Part shown: piece after piece, positions 62,795 to 64,000 of the stretch
How positions within the stretch are numbered: position 1 is the first letter of the stretch
Layout of the letters: every line of letters begins with the position of its first letter
Origin: Heptranchias perlo
Lineage: Eukaryota
DNA length: 64,000 bases
NCBI RefSeq assembly: GCF_035084215.1
Contig: NC_090359.1
Coordinates: 24,738,001-24,802,000 of the forward strand
Direction: 5' to 3'
The notes under the pieces: model-generated
Databases searched by the model: none
Told to the model about the DNA's origin: nothing
The model's input: the letters and a program-made list of their open reading frames with translations, nothing else
Made by a program: the position numbers and the translations under genes

Positions 62795-64000
62795 CCATAA
62801 GAGATAGGAGCAGGAGTTGGCCATCCGGCCCCTCGAGCCTGCTCCGCCATTCAATGAGATCATGGCTGATTTTTACCTCAACTCCACTTTCCCGCCCTTT
62901 CCCCATATCCTTTGACCCCCTCGCTGATCAAAAATGTGTCTAACTCAGCCTTGAATGTATTCAATGACTCAGCCTCCACAGCTTTTTGGGGTAAAGAATT
63001 CCAAAGATTCACGACCCTCTGGGAGAAGAAATTCCTCCTCATTTCCGTTTTAAACATGCGACCCCTCATTCTGAGACTATGCCCCCTAGTTTTAGATTCC
63101 CCCATGAGGGGTAACATCCTCTCAGCATCTACCCTATCGAGTCCCCTCAGAATCTTGTATGTTTCAATAAGATCGCCTCTCATTCTTCTAAACTCCAATG
63201 AGTATAGACCCAACCTGTTCAATCTTTCCTCATAAGACAACCCTTCCATACCCGGAATCAACCTAGTGAACCTTCTCTGAACTGCCTCCAATGCAAGTAT
63301 GTCCTTCCTTAAATAAGGGCACCAGAACTGTACGCAGTACTCCAGGTGTGGCCTCACCAGCACCCTGTACAGTTGTAGCATGACTTCCCTGCTTTTATAC
63401 TCCATCCCCCTAGAAATAAAGGCCAATATTCCGTTTGCCTTCCGGATTACCTGCTGCACCTGTATGTTGACTTTCTGTGTTTCATGTACAAGGACACCCA
63501 GATCCCTCTGTACCGCAGCATTTTGTAGTATTTCTCCATTCAAATAATATTTTGCTTTTTTATTTTTCTTCCCAAAGTGGATGACTTCACATTTTCCCAC
63601 ATTATATTCCATCTGCCAAATTTTTGCCCATTCGCTTAACCTGTCAATATCCCTTTACAGACACTTTGTGTCCTCATCACAACTTGCTTTTCCACCTATC
63701 TTTGTATCATCAGCAAATTTGGCCACAAGACATTCTGTTCCTTCATCCAAGTCATTGATATATATTGTAAATAGTTGAGGCCCCAGCACTGATCCCTGCG
63801 GCACCCCACTAGTTACAGATTGCCATTTTGAAAATGACCCTTTAATCCCGACTCTTTGTTTTCTGTTAGTTAGCCAATCCTCTATCCATGCCAGTATATT
63901 ACCCCCAACACCATGAGCTCTTGTGCAGTAATCTTTTATGTGGCACCTTATCGAATGCCTTTTGGAAATCCAAATATACTGCATCCATTGGTTCCCCTTT
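62795..64000 (-). mobile_element. CR1 LINE RT / C-terminal region
   Basis: Translation [25 protein letters not shown] and ORF 62878..63612. Confidence 0.92.

Noticed and set aside
62878-63984. Active reverse transcriptase gene
   Set aside because: Frameshifted CR1 remnant, like the other RT-like ORFs in the window.

Overview
Repeat-dense vertebrate genomic DNA. The CR1/L2 LINEs, Deu-core SINEs, Penelope-type ends and 67-bp satellite point to a cartilaginous fish (shark); this is inference. Three host genes can be supported. (1) The first coding exon and promoter of beta-arrestin 2 (ARRB2) on the minus strand, running out of the left edge. (2) A complete 3-exon MED11 on the + strand (118 aa). 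(3) An unnamed type I membrane receptor on the + strand (leader / single VJ-type Ig domain / TM / cytoplasmic exons, 51294..56733+) with CD28-like features but no MYPPPY motif. Notable non-coding structure: an 8.4-kb satellite of 18/19-bp monomers ending about 240 bp upstream of the MED11 ATG, whose standard monomers are DMRT/Doublesex-type sites; a perfect 42-bp hairpin in the likely MED11 3' UTR; a 125-bp Penelope-derived insert with a minimal hammerhead ribozyme and 9-bp TSD; two deleted Harbinger transposons nested in CR1s; hAT-type MITEs; a GATA-rich solo LTR inside a 5'-inverted CR1; and many minisatellites. Most long ORFs in the track are repeat artefacts. Family assignments rest on recalled consensus motifs, not on database searches. 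Repeat boundaries are approximate unless a TSD is given.
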